Notes: a model not told the origin generated them from the sequence alone. DNA of 64,000 nt from Octopus vulgaris (GCA_951406725.2 OX597819.1:101432001-101496000), one strand, 5' to 3'; numbered from the stretch's first letter, positions 28,340-42,139 are shown. Translations and numbers: made by a program.

Positions 28340-28515
28340 CTTAATGAGATAAAAAAGAAACCAAGGCTGTGAAGATTTTAGAAAATTTATAGATATAAGG
28401 TCTTACAGCTGTTTCCAGGATATTTATTATATCCCTTCATCGGAGACGGTGTAAGAGGATGGTTAAGTAATAGTTAATTTAGATAAGATACAAAATAGAG
28501 AGTGAGGTGGAGGAA
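28340..28515 (-). mobile_element. Penelope-like pLTR-type repeat containing a hammerhead motif
   Basis: Reverse-complement homologue of 39510-39680. Confidence 0.65.
28400..28447 (-). ncRNA. Minimal type-I hammerhead motif (U4C variant)
   Basis: gtct CCGATGA a gggatat-aataa-atatcct g GAAA CAGCTG TA agac; palindromic ACAGCTGT helix III, GUA site. Confidence 0.7.
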
Positions 28516-28696
28516 AGAAAACAGATGTGAGATATGTAGCGATATTGTATATATATATATAAACAACTGCACGTGTCAAAATGGACTGGAGAATTTCTAT
28601 TTTGGATGTATTTGGGGTACTTAGTTGTGCGCATGACTTAGTGTTTGCTTCTTCCATGGGTATGAGTAAGTATCTCATTTATTTCTTTGCCACATT

Positions 28697-28749
28697 TATC
28701 ACTGACGAAGCGATGACTCTTATGAACTAACCCTGAAATCGGTCCGATA
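28697..28749 (+). ncRNA. Type-I hammerhead motif, core intact, helices partly decayed
   Basis: tatca CTGACGA agcgat...aaccct GAAA TCGG TC cgata; GUC site. Confidence 0.6.
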
Positions 28750-29139
28750 TGGTAATAATGGAATTTTTGAGAAATTTCTGTCGACCTTTTTTGAGTAGCG
28801 TGCGTATTGTGAAAAATTATATGGTTATGGACAAGGTGTCTAATTTCGGCATATTTGGCATTAGAATTTTTTTCGTTTACCCTTATTTATACGTTGTTTA
28901 AAAACTTAACTTTTAAAGGTATTTTTTAATATGGTGGCCATTGATAATTTTTTTTTTCGAAAAAATGTTATCCTACATTAAATATATATATATACATTTT
29001 ATCCGGCACATTACCAGCAATCTTGAAATATGAGAGTTAGTCAACTACATCGAGTCCAACTTTTGACAGGTACTACATGTTTTATGGACTCTGGAAGGAT
29101 AGAAAGTCAACCTTAATAAGACATTCCTGCTAGGAAATG

Positions 29140-29900
29140 AGCAGAATTTAATTCAGTGTTTGATTGAATATTTCAATGACCATGCAACGTGGAATGACAA
29201 ATAAAGTCAAAAATATAGCGATCCCGATAGATTTTGAAAACACTCAACTTAGTTATTCAACATTGTTGGGTGTTGGGTCCATGGTAGATGTTCCGAACAT
29301 TTTCTAACATAATATCATCACCATATCCTTATATTTTCCAGTTAGCTCCATACCCTGCCAAGCATGTTTATTATTCTTTCTTTCTACTTTTGCTTCGTGA
29401 GAAGCCTTGGGCTTGTGTCATGAACAAAATCCCTCATTGTTAGAGTAGATTTCTGTTATTTTTCAGCCAATACCAAGATCCTTTTAATCCTCTTCACTGC
29501 GCTATCGTTTCTGTTTTCTCTGATTTTTTTCTTTTTTTGTTTTGTTATACATTTTTTTTTTCTATTCTCGCAACCTATTAGCATATTCTTTTGTAATTCC
29601 ATCTTCCAAGATTACCATTTAAGTTTATAATTTTTCCTTTTAGCTGTTTATGTTATTGTCACACCATCTTCTTCAGAGATCTCTTTTTAGCATTATTCCG
29701 TTTTATATGTGTTGTTTTCCTTGAGAACAAAAAGTAGTTTTCTAGTTATGTTTTTAGTTTTTCTTCACCAGAAAACCTTGTAGTTCCACATTATATATTT
29801 TATAATAGCTATCCGCTCTTACAAGAGCTCTACATCTACTCTACCCTTATGTTTGATAATGAGCTTGTCTACATCACTATAATTCATTCTGCCTGTGCAA
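29140..29900 (-). mobile_element. Possible very old LINE fragment
   Basis: Weak peptides EAKVERKNNKHAWQGM and VIEIFNQTL resemble the EN-RT linker of CR1-group LINEs. Confidence 0.3.
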
Positions 29901-30169
29901 AAGCTGTCATAGTTAAAAGAATGACTTATAGATAAATATAAACTATGGAAGTCACTCCAACAAAATTTGGAATATTTCTACAACGTATGCTAAAATATAT
30001 TTATCATCAGACCTAATTGTGTTTCGTTTCAAATTCCATCGAAATATTTCTAAAACATGGCAGAACGAAATATTATACTGACATTTTACCAATGTGGTAT
30101 TACAGACAGAGAGAATGGAGAAGATGAAGATAATGATGAAGTTGATGACGACGACGGCGATGATGATGA

Positions 30170-30221
<52 letters not shown>

Positions 30222-31024
30222 GGGTGGTGGTGGTGGCGGTAGTGGTGGTGGATTGCTGCAAATATTGTGCCCAGTACCTGTTTTGTCATGGTACAAAGAA
30301 TGGGCCACTGCAAATATTCTGCTATATACCACAGATTTGCTGCTCAGTTCTTAACCAGTTGAGAATTTCCCTTAGTGGCTGACGATATGTACATTTCTCA
30401 TCACGAGCTGAAGTAGTGGGGGAGCATCATAGCCATGTATTGAGAGGAATTCTTTAGGGGGTTGAATAATTCACCTCTGGAAACAAAGATGTTTTGTTCA
30501 TCAGTAAAACAAACGTTATTGAGGGATTTCTTGAGTGGGATGGGCCACTGGACTTGAAGAAAATTCTAAATGGGCTCCACCTGCAAGGTCATGCATTTTT
30601 TATCTTGATATGAGATGACCATGTTACGCACATATGGTTGTGCTGCATGTGTCTGGTGTACCCTTATGAGACATGTAGGCTTGATGGGTATATTGAGCTT
30701 CGTGTATTTTACACCAGTTTCACTTGCATGGCATGCACTGCTCTTTCACTCAACAACAACAGTAATAATAATAATGATTTCATTTATTTGCCACAAAGGC
30801 GAAGGATCAGGTGGGTAGGGCAGAGACAGACATAAAGTGTTGGGGTTTACATTTAAAACTGAAATGATAAGAAAATGCATACACGATACACACCGGAAAA
30901 GAAGGGATATATGCATAGCATACAAAGGTACAAAAAAGTGAGGAGGATGATAGAGATGTAGCCCTCCTGATACATGAACGCCTCCAAAGATGCCTCCAAA
31001 GAGGTACACACACATATATACATA

Positions 31025-31484
31025 CATGTGACGAAAAATACTCCACCAGAAATGTTATCATCTCGTCTACAGAAGACATATTTTCCAGGACGTTCTCGTC
31101 ATGCTCTACAGACCTTCCTGGACGAGGCCCGTCTCCTACGCTGTAGTTTCCTTCTCGGAATTTCTGGAACGACCGGTAGCACTCTCCTCTTGTCCGATCC
31201 CCACTATTCTGCATAAATGTTGCTCACACTTTCCGTTGCGTTGTTGCCTTCATTGAACTAATAAAGCAAAATATGCCAATTATGCTCCTTTATCACTTCC
31301 ATTATAGCTTTGAAAAAATAACTGCTTACATCGAATTGCGCTCTTCAAAACTTGCATTACAAATAAGGACAGGGTAAACTTATTACCTGCTTTTATTGCA
31401 AGTCGATGCATGTAGTTTGTACCGTCCTTCTCCGACTTTAAGTTCATGCATTTGAAAATACCGCATTATTTATGGGATCACCCA
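31025..31484 (-). mobile_element. Mariner relic, same family as 23470-23975
   Basis: TIR gggtgatcccataaataatgcgg; FQKFREGNYSVGDGPRPGRS. Confidence 0.8.
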
Positions 31485-31589
31485 ATATATACACATACGT
31501 ATACAGATATATACATATACATACATACATATATATATATATGTATATATATCAAGATATATATATATATATATATAATATAATATTTA

Positions 31590-32040
31590 AATAAAATATA
31601 TGCATATATACATACATATATGTACGCACTTACATCTACATGTATATATACATGCATATATATATGTGAGTACAGGACACCACAAATAAACGTAGAACAC
31701 AACGAGAGACGAAAACATAAAATCAAACAAGGAAACGGACTTTTTTTTTAATAACGAAAAAACAAGGAAATGGACTGTTTTTAAAACAACGAAAAAACAG
31801 AGTACAGGACAAACAATACAAGGGAAATTCTCCTTCATCAGCTGTCCCTGGTTCGACTCAATGCGTGTTTCGAAAGTAAGGGCAGAACACGGCCAGGCCG
31901 AAAAAGTCCTTCCTGCAAAAGGAATTAAATAAAATTATTTTGCAGAGGGGTAAAACAAGTGACAAGAACAGGACGTAAAAGCAATACAAATGAAGAAAAA
32001 ACAGTACAAATAAAGAAACAGGACAGGGAATCAACAATAA
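31590..32040. repeat. Dispersed repeat family X, longest copy
   Basis: Homologous to 16980-17246 and 56790-56975. Confidence 0.8.
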
Positions 32041-32079
32041 GGGCTTTTTATATACATATGTATAAAATATATATATATA

Positions 32080-32320
32080 AATACAAAATGGGACAAGAAC
32101 GCAAAACACTCAAAGAGACGACACAAAATACGGACACAAGTCTCTAATCTTCAGGATCATCCTCGCAATTTCGGCTGATTAATCTTGAGATCGCTCCGAT
32201 CCGGCCAGCTCCAAGGAAAAACTAAGCTAAGAGCATTAGATTTCTTGGAAAAAAGGATCGAATGTATACGAAACAAGGACAGAAAAACGGACGATGCCAC
32301 ACGAATATAAATACAAACAT
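32080..32320. repeat. Dispersed repeat family Y
   Basis: aaatgggacaagaacgcaaaaca...gcaatttcggctg...gaatgtatacgaaacaaggac; also at 42140-42430 and 59465-59625. Confidence 0.8.
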
Positions 32321-32329
32321 ATATATGTA

Positions 32330-32375
<46 letters not shown>

Positions 32376-32392
32376 TAATCCAAACAAGAAAG

Positions 32393-32436
<44 letters not shown>

Positions 32437-32982
32437 CAAACAGTCACACGCACGCACACACATACATGCCCATGCACATATACGCACAAATGCCTACCGT
32501 TACAGAGCAGGAAGAAAATGAAAAGAAAATAGGTTCTTTAGCTTTTAAAAAAAATTTAAGTTTAAAGTGTTTGCGGGATTCCTAGACGCATAACTACGTG
32601 TCAACTGACAATGGTGTGCGATGGGAAAGGTGAGGCGTTAGAAATCTTAAGTTGGATGTTCAATTTTTTTGTTGAATTTGTATTCTTTTCGTTTTTGTTT
32701 TTGCTTAATATTGGCATTGTTCTTGTGTACGTTGTCGCTAGCATCATCAATAAACACCGTGTTGGAAGTGCCTTTTGTTATTATTGTTGCTATTGTTGTC
32801 ATAGCTGTTCTGTTTCGTTGTTGTGGTCGTTCTTAATGTTATATGTTGCTATAAGCATGTTTAGCGATCTTATGGCTGTTGTTTCTATTATCATTCCTGA
32901 GGGTTTCTATTCGGTAGTTGTTTACTGTTGCTGATGTTGTAGTTGCAGTCAAGGTCGACGTCGTCGTCAATGTTGTTGATGT

Positions 32983-33091
32983 CTTCTTCTTCTTCTTCTT
33001 CTTCTTCTTCTTCTTCTTCTTCTTCTTCTTCTTCTTCTTCTTCTTCTTCTTCTTCTTCTTCTTCTTCTTCTTCTTCTTCTTCTTCTTCTTC
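32983..33091. repeat. (CTT)n microsatellite
   Basis: Direct reading. Confidence 0.95.
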
Positions 33092-33791
33092 CAATCGGGA
33101 CTCACGCCATTAGCCACAAAGAGTAATCTCTAATTCAGGTCTATTCTAAGCTATTAAGAATGCGTGTGGCAACCTGAAGATCCAACCCACCACACGCAAT
33201 AGACTGGCGGTTGCACGGGCGCGGAAGCTACGTTGTTATCCTCATTCGGTAAACGGTGGCTTTTAACGGGTGGAGAGCTGAAACATCCTCGGGTACAGAG
33301 GATTCGCAATCTAGACTAGGGTCTGAAAGTTTACCACCCCATAGTGGGTTACATCATAGTTCCTCTGCTTTGTGGCAGAAGTAGGAAAAAAGAGTGAGAG
33401 AAAACTGTGGTGAAAGAGTACAGCGGGGTTCATCCCAGCCCCCAACTGGACATCGTGGAGCTTAGGTGTTTTTGCTCAATAAACACGCACAATCCCGGTC
33501 TGGGACCAGAAACCACGTTCTTACGACTGCGAGTCCATGTGTGTGTGTGTGTGCGTGCGTGGGTGAATGTGAAGGCGCGAAATCGTTTGGTCGTTGTTTT
33601 GATATCCGGATAGGGTGGCGCGTTGTATTCTTGAGACAATCAATTCGTTATACGTTGCTCGAGTTCACTCACTGCGTGAGGACTGGCGGTCCGTCTAAGG
33701 GTTATATATATATACACACACATGACCGCGTGTGTACCGTTGGCGATTTTTTTCGCTCGTCTTCCCTTCTCTGGATCTTTCCTTCTCCTAT

Positions 33792-33826
33792 GTTTCTGAC
33801 GAAGAGCTCCGTTCGAAACGTTAAAC
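33792..33826 (+). ncRNA. Minimal type-I hammerhead motif with intact core
   Basis: gttt CTGACGA a gagc-tcc-gttc GAAA CG TT aaac; palindromic ACGT helix III, GUU site. Confidence 0.75.
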
Positions 33827-34081
33827 CCTCCTTCTTTCCTTCTTTCCTGAGCTTCCAGTAATACTATATTTGTTCCACGTCCTCACGTTGTTGTGTTTTC
33901 TCTCGGTGTTTTCATGTTTGGATTAGCTTTATATACATATATATATATATATATAATAAATTAGATGGAATTGAACCGTTGAGTGTGTTATATTAAGGCA
34001 CAATGACTCTCTCCAAACACAGCAAAATGTGTTTCAACACACGAATTCACATAAAGAATTTTGCAAAATGCAAAATCTAAT

Positions 34082-34117
<36 letters not shown>

Positions 34118-34151
34118 CACACACACACACACATATTGATATAAATATATA

Positions 34152-34271
34152 ATTCTTGAACAAGAATGCTGTTGAGAGTGACTTCGAAGTTTTGGCCAGC
34201 CGAACCATTATCGGACGATAGCCTGGCTCTGAAATTTCGAAGTCACAGTCAACAAACATCTTGTTTGAGAG
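34152..34271. repeat. Imperfect ~120-bp inverted repeat
   Basis: gtgacttcgaagttt pairs with aaatttcgaagtcac; outer tgttga/tcaaca and aacaaga/tcttgtt. Confidence 0.75.
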
Positions 34272-34363
34272 TAATAAATTTGTACTGTACAAAATTATAG
34301 AGTAATCCATCAGATCAATGTGAAAGTGTCTTCAATATAACTGAACATAAAAACAAACATTAT

Positions 34364-34397
<34 letters not shown>

Positions 34398-36172
34398 CAG
34401 GCACACACGCGCACACGCACATATAAGGACACGTAGATATATAATACACAGATATACATACATTCACACACATGGAAGCACATTCCCCCACCGCCGATAT
34501 ATAAAAATATATATAAACTTATTAATCCATACGTACGCATATCTCTGTTTATATATTTGCTTATACACACACACACACACACACACATATGTGTGTGGCT
34601 GTGTGCTTTTTTACATATGACTGTGTTCGTGCACACGTATGTGCGTACGCGTGGTAAAGGCAAGGGCTATTTAGGAAAGAACTACATGGATTTGCACTCT
34701 ATAGAATAATTTGCATTTGTGAAGTAGGACCACATTTTTAATACATTGTGTTTGAAACATTCTATGTTGGATAGGCTAGGTAAGAAAATAGATTAGCTAC
34801 AATCGTCACAATATGAAAACCGATTCGATAAGCTTTAACTATTGAGAAGTTAATCTTTTATTCTATTATTCCCCAAATATTGTGTACTGAACATTATTAT
34901 GCATATGTATACACATACACAGATGCCAACATACATTCATACGACTATGGCATATAAATGAATACATACACACATGCATACATATTGCATTGATGTACGT
35001 ATATATGTATGAATGTATGTTTATGTACAATCTCTGAAGGACGTTTAAAGAGCAGCATAGAATGTATTAGCACGAATGTTGCAAAAGTTGCCTGGAAGGT
35101 AAATACGAACAGCAAACAATGATGGGAATATACAAACTTCTTAATAGGGTCAAATTGTCGAAACTGCCTGGAGGTTAATTCCTCAATAATGATTCAAACT
35201 GAAGAATATCAGTCAAGATATATCTTATCTGATTCTATGTTTGACTACCAGCTAAAGTATGCTGGCCTTAAAGATTCCAAAAATCTTCTAACCATAAAAC
35301 TTGTATAAATATATACCATACGCAGAATCATTGAACATGAGATATAAATATCATATATTTCATACAATTGACTGTTTATTCTTTGGTTTCTTCTATTTTC
35401 GTATTTAGATTCTGGGATACGTTTGAGTGAAGTGTTGGTTGAAATGGATTATTTCTTGAAATTCTAAGAATCATTGGAAAGCCGCGTATTTTGGATGCTT
35501 CCCTAAGGCCTTATTTCTCGCTTGATATCTACTGTTTTTAAGTCGGGCTTCTGTAATATCTCTTCGCTATGATTTACTCTAGTAAATTGTCTTGAAATAT
35601 CTGGTTAAAATTGTCTTATCCATTAACGATTCTAGTTAAGGAAGATAAATTCTTCACGTGAGTATGCCTACCAATGTGAAAAGATTTTCACGTTGTAGCA
35701 TCCCCTGTTATTAGCTCACAGCTATTGCTGCGACGTGGATTTTGCAACGCGTTCAATGAATCTTTAATGGCGTAATCGTGTATGGTTTAATAATTATGCT
35801 GTGTCAAAAATTTGCAACAAAAGTATTTGTAAGGGAATAGAAGTCTATTTAGTAATCAGAAAGTCATAGTAACTCTCTCTAATTTAAGGTTATAAAAATA
35901 TATACAAATATATACGAACACAAACTGACGAAGTGATAATCACGATATTAATATATATATGGTATATCTTGTACGATTCGTTGCACTAACCGATAATATA
36001 AAATGTTGGACGAAATACAGGAGAGACAAGTAAAGTGGCCATCCGAAAGACTCATGAACGTTCTACTTGACATCACAAGGTACTGAAGAAAAAGCCTTGG
36101 CTAGAACTTAGAAACTTCTCTGTAGAAGACATTCTTCTAGGCACTTCTTATGAATGCACCTTAAAGAAAAGA

Positions 36173-36485
36173 TTATAGAGACCGTTCCACAAACTGGAAT
36201 CTGAACCCACATTGGCTTTCCGGAAGCCTTCGTTTTGAAATGGAATCAACATACCAAGATGGTTTTTGTAAGATCTTTTTCCCCAGTAACAGAAAGAGAA
36301 ACACCTTTGTAGTTTTCACACTCTCAGTTCTCTTTTGGAATAAAGTTACTATAATGGCATTTTTCAAATCTGCGAAAATTTTACCTTGTTCCCAGAAATG
36401 AAAACAGATGATGTGTCCCCGTGAGAAGTTTTTGACTACCATACTTGATAATCCTAGCTGGAATTTAATCCAACGCTATAGCCTT
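36173..36485 (-). mobile_element. RTE-clade RT fragment
   Basis: WEQGKIFADLKNAIIVTLFQK...RLPESQCGFR. Confidence 0.75.
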
Positions 36486-36858
36486 GCTGAAAACGATTGC
36501 AATAAAGAAAAGTAAAATACAAAATATTGACAAGAGAGAATAATCCAAACTCTTGTCTAAATTCCATTGACAGAGTTAATTCTCAAATCAACTGAGAAAA
36601 TTACGGAAGGCGTAGAAATAAGAAAAATCTATGGTGAATTAATAATGTCAAAGAAATACCAATCTACGTAGACATCATCAAATTTATTCGAAAAAGATTA
36701 TGGTACTACAAATATAGGAACGATGCCAATTAAATCTGCAGATGAACATTTTACAGTAGTCTAAAAAAGATACTATACAGGAAAGATCGCAAGAAATTTT
36801 GAAAACGTACTTAATTGACTGACTCATGTGACCCATATATGACGCGCAATTTCCTACA

Positions 36859-37057
36859 GGCAAGCTAGCAGAAACGTTAGCAGGCCGGGCAAAATGCTTA
36901 GCGTTATTTCGTCTGTCTTTATGTTCTGAGTTCAAATTCCGCCGAGATCGACTTTTCGTTTCATCCTTTCGTGGTCAATAAATTAAGTACCATTTGCGTA
37001 CTGGGGTCGATCTAATCAACTGCACCACTCCCCAAAAATTTCGAGCTTTGTGCCTGA
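36859..37057 (+). mobile_element. SINE family B (alternative tail)
   Basis: Head and central domain as at 6896; tail ccccaaaaatttcgagctttgtgcct. Confidence 0.85.
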
Positions 37058-37584
37058 AATTGTTTCTCTACACCTGTTTCTCCCACCCTCACTACAAGAT
37101 ATATGGTAGACATCTAGCAATTCGAAACAGAAATTTCGTATTACTTTAGTTAATCACCACATTAAAGTAGTTGCACAACTAGCGGAGTCATTAGAATACC
37201 TTGTATTTCAGTTACCTTGAGTTCAAATCCCATCAAGGTAAACTGTTCTTTACAATTTTTCAGGGTCGATAAATCAAGTCCTAGATCAGTGACAGAAGTG
37301 GTGAAATTGTAAGTGGATCGCAAGAGATAACTTGTAGTAAATGTTCTGGAGTGGATCTTTGCGTGAGAGAGCAACGCCTATGATGATACTAATGCCAAGC
37401 TGTAGAGAGATCATGCTTTCAGCATGGACAGCATGGTTAGTATAGAAAAGAGAAATTTGATGCATGCGTAACTGGTGGATTTATCGTTTAGATGTTACTT
37501 CTATCGGTTATTGAATAGTGACCATGCTGAAGCGTAACCATGTATTTGTGAAGACAGCTTCTAATCACACAGGCCACGCTTGCG

Positions 37585-37660
<76 letters not shown>

Positions 37661-37769
37661 GTGTGTGTGTGTGTGTGTATACATATATATATATATATAT
37701 ATATACATATATGTGTATATATATATATGTGTGTGCGTGTGTGTATTATATATATATATATATATATAT

Positions 37770-37822
<53 letters not shown>

Positions 37823-37977
37823 AGATTTCGGCATTTCATGAGCTTGAACGAGTCGGGCTTCTGTTAGTGGCCTCCGAAATTGAAGTACCACGGAACCAAA
37901 TTAAACTTTTAAATAACACATGTAACTCCTACTAAATGTACTGAGTCCCCTTTTCTTTCGTCTCTCCACTCACTCGT

Positions 37978-38016
<39 letters not shown>

Positions 38017-38039
38017 TGTATATATATATATATATGTAT

Positions 38040-38770
38040 ATTAGGCTATCCGGAAAGTTTGGGGCATTTTTTTTTTAATATGCAAAAACGGATATAAATA
38101 ATTGACGTTTCAATAAATCTTATTCAATGAAATCATTTCCATTATTATTAATGGCCTTTGCCTATCTATCAAGCAATTTAGATATTCCATCAGCATAAAA
38201 TTTGACTGGCTTTGAAGAAAATGTTATCTTCATACATTTTGACCCCTACATCGTTAAATGTTTTTGCTTGCAATGTGTTCTGTAGAGACAAAAGCAAGAG
38301 GTAGTCGGATGGCGTAATATCAGAAGAATATAATGGATGGGGTAAGACATCCCAGCCAAGTTCACCTAACTCTGGTCGGAAGCCAAAGACACATGGGGTC
38401 GAGCATTTTCTTGCTGGAATTCCCCTTTCCTGTTAGCAATCTCCGGCCTCAGTTCTTTCATTATTTTATTCAAATTAGCCAGCTGACGACAGTACACTTC
38501 AGAATTAACGGTGTGATTTTGTGGGAGAAGGTCATAATAAATATTACCTTTATGATCCTACCAAACGCATAGCATAGCTTTTTTGTCATGGATATTCGTC
38601 TCTGGTTGCTGTCTTAGGCGTTCTAGAATTTTTGTCGCATTATGATTTCATACACAACCAATTTTTCATCTCCAGTCTCAAGTTGTTTAAAAAAAAAAAC
38701 TTACTTTAATTCCGTTTGAAAAGCATATCACAATCAGAATACAGATCCAAGCAATTCTTTTCTGAGGGTT
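38040..38770 (-). mobile_element. Mariner relic: transposase C-terminus plus TIR
   Basis: HPLYSSDITPSDYLLLLSLQNTL corresponds to the YSPDLAPSD motif; ends at TA. Confidence 0.8.
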
Positions 38771-39278
38771 TGCGGAGGAACAATACATTCAGGGACGGCC
38801 TTTTGGAGGAACTGAGCCCAACTAGGAACGGTTTTGGTGGGCTCCATGTTCCAAGTCAACTTGCACCTCGGAAATTCCCTCGCCCACCCATCTTGGAATT
38901 ATTTCTTTTCCTCGGTTTGTTTAGATGAGCTATCAGATAATCTCGCCTCCTAATATACTGCAGAGGACTTTTTCCCCTTTAGGCATATTAGGTGATCAGA
39001 ATATTGACTATTTTCTATGTTTAATAACTGCTATCTCTAGTATACTAAACAACCACGTTAAGGACGGACTGTCTTTCAGTTTATTTAAAACAGAGTATAA
39101 GGTGTGTCTGTGTGCATATATACATATGCGTGTGCATATATGTGTATATGCATGTGTATGAATGTGTGTATGTATGTATGTGTATATATAGCTATATAAT
39201 ACATATATATATATGCATATATAAATATATATACATATATATATACGTATATATATATATATATATGTATATATATAC

Positions 39279-39339
<61 letters not shown>

Positions 39340-39571
39340 TATATATGTATATATCAATGGTGTCAATAGGACCCAAAGGTGTCAGGTAATGCTGAGTAAG
39401 TGATATGGACAGACTATAATTAAGCTCCAAGTTCGGTGATTATACGAATATGGAGTGTAACGTAGGTTATATATCAGCATGTGTACATATTCAGAATGAG
39501 ATAAAAATCCACTCCTCCACTTCACTCTCCATTTCTTATCTTAAATAACTATTACTTAATCATTTTCTCAC

Positions 39572-39620
39572 ACCTCCGATGCAGGAATATATAAAATTTT
39601 CTGGAAACAGCTGTAAAACC
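39572..39620 (+). ncRNA. Decayed copy of the 28400-28447 hammerhead motif
   Basis: CCGATGC aggaatat...ttttctg GAAA CAGCTG TA; A9 mutated and helix I broken. Confidence 0.5.
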
Positions 39621-39879
39621 TTCTATTCATATATGTTCTAAAATCTTTCACAGCCTTGGATTTTTATCTCATTTTGAAAATTTATATATATATACTTAGA
39701 AAGAGAGAGAGAGAAGAAAAATAAGCGAAAATGCGCATTGGAAATCAAAAAAAGTAAAGGATTTTTATGAAAAGTAATGATAGTTATATACAGTTAGATG
39801 AACTGGGGTAGGAATAAAAAAAAAATACACCACTTCATGCTTTTTGTGAACACATTTACAGTTTTCCTTTTAATACCCT

Positions 39880-41843
39880 ACAAAAACAGCGAATTAAATC
39901 CAACCTTAATGCAAATGAATGGAAAGACCTAATCGAGTTAAAAAATGATATAAACCTCACCATTAAAGAAGCCGACAAAGGAAGTGTGGTAGTGGTGATG
40001 GACACAGAGTACTACAAAAATTTAATACTCTCCATGTTGGAAAATAATATTTACTATGAGAAGATAGTACAATACAACCCACAGAAGACACTTAAAAACT
40101 TATCCTCCTTACTTCAAATACATGGAAAGTGTCTCACTAAACTTGAATTTTACTATTTATACAATTTTAAATACAGATCTAATCTATTCTACGGATTACC
40201 TAAAATACACAAAAATCTACATATTTGTAAAGCTTACAAAGTTTCTTCAAGCCAGTGCATTAATGTTCCTCCCCCTACTGACCTCAAACTGAGACCCATC
40301 ATTGCTGGCCCTGCTTTTGAAACCCACCGCTTGAGCAACTTCCTCGACATCTTACTCAAACCGTTTCTTAAATATGTGGAAAGCATCATCAGGGATGACT
40401 TAGACATGCTGAACCACCTTCCGAAGACAAATAGATGAAGGAACCCTGTTAGTATCATTCGATGTGGTGAATTTGTACACCAATATCCCATACGGTTATG
40501 GTATAGAAGCGATGACTTTCTGGCTACAAAAATACCCAGAAGAGAACCCAGGACGCATTAACAACAGATTTATAATCGAAGCACTCAAATTCATCCTACT
40601 GAACAACTATTTCATGTTCGATACAGTTTACTATCGACAAAAATGTGGAATTGCAATGGGAACCCGAGCTGCTCCAGTGATTGCGAATCTTGTAATGGGT
40701 TACCTAGGGCTTAAAATATATCAATCATCACTACAAAAATATGGCACCTCATTTCATTGCTATTTAAAGGAGAACTAGAAGAAGTATTTGGATGATTGCT
40801 TTATACTTTGGAAAGACAGCATGGACAAACACCTCGATTTCAAAATAATACTTAACAATATTAATAGCAATATACAATGCACCATGGAGCACAGCAGTAA
40901 ACAACTTCCTTTTCTTGACATCCTAATTAAAATAGTTAACAACTACATCGAAACAGACATCTTCTATAAGCCCACATATTCTAAACAATACCTATTATTC
41001 AAATAATGCTACCCCAAACACATAAAAAATAATATACCTTATAATCTAGCGAAAAGAATCTGTACCATAGTTTCGGACACCTATACTCGTGAATGAAAAC
41101 TCCTTGAACTAGATCAATACTAATCAAAAGACATTAGCCAATATCATAAATAAATGATGGCATTAAACAAGCTATGGAAATAGATATACAAACATTAAAG
41201 AAAGTCAACCGAAATACTAAACCAGATCTTAAAATACTCCCATGCATCTCCACACATAACCCTAGAAACAACGAAGCCTTTAACATTATCATCCAAAATC
41301 TTCCCATCCTCACTGGAGATAAAACAATCAACAAAGTTTTAAGTTCACACAAAATTATCAAGAGCAAAATGCAACCTAAATCATTGAAAAAATATTAACC
41401 AGCGCAAAACTATATCCATTAACAACAGAACCAAAAGAGAAAAAATGTGGTCGACCTAAGTGTGGTACATGCCCCCATCTTTTGGAGGGTTTAGAATTCC
41501 ACTTTAAACAAGGTGAAATATTTAAGATCAAATCAAATTTCACCTGTGCCTCGGAAAATCTAATTTTATGCCATTACATGCTTAGGGTGTGGTAATAATT
41601 ATATTAGTCAAACAGGAATATCATTCCGTCGAAGTACCACTCTCCACAAAGAACAAATCCGCCTCCTACAATACAGACAGATACCGGTTAGTGAACACGT
41701 AGAAAGGTGTGCTAGGAATCTTAATCCTAATTTCCTAATTTTCCCCTTTATTAATGTTCACAGAACACTTCAGTGCAACAAAGAATGAATAAAGAGGCAA
41801 CTTTCATCAATAAATATCTTCCACAACTCAATATGAACGCATA
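39880..41843 (+). mobile_element. Penelope-like retroelement (Neptune-type) RT plus GIY-YIG ORF, pseudogenised
   Basis: IKEADKG, FYGLPKIHK, LRPII, DVVNLYTNIP, QKCGIAMG, YLDD, LPFLD, DIFYKPT, Cys linker CGRPKCGTC, then YAITCLGCGNNYISQTG; several stops and frameshifts. Confidence 0.92.
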
Positions 41844-42139
41844 ACATAATACAGAACACCGCTAACCTTTCAATTAATACCACTATTACCCATACATCCC
41901 ATACACGATTCACATTACAGATCTATATCTACCGTAATTTCTGAGCATGAAGGCCAGGGAATGTGAGAGAGGGGGAACGAAACAAAGAAAAGTGGAATGA
42001 ACGAAGTGTGAAAGGGCTGATAGGAAGAAGGAAAGAATGAAGAAATACAACGAATAATAGAGTCTTGCAAATTTAGATATAAATATATACTTACATGTAA
42101 GAGACGAAAGTGTACGTACGCCGCTATATTTTATATATA

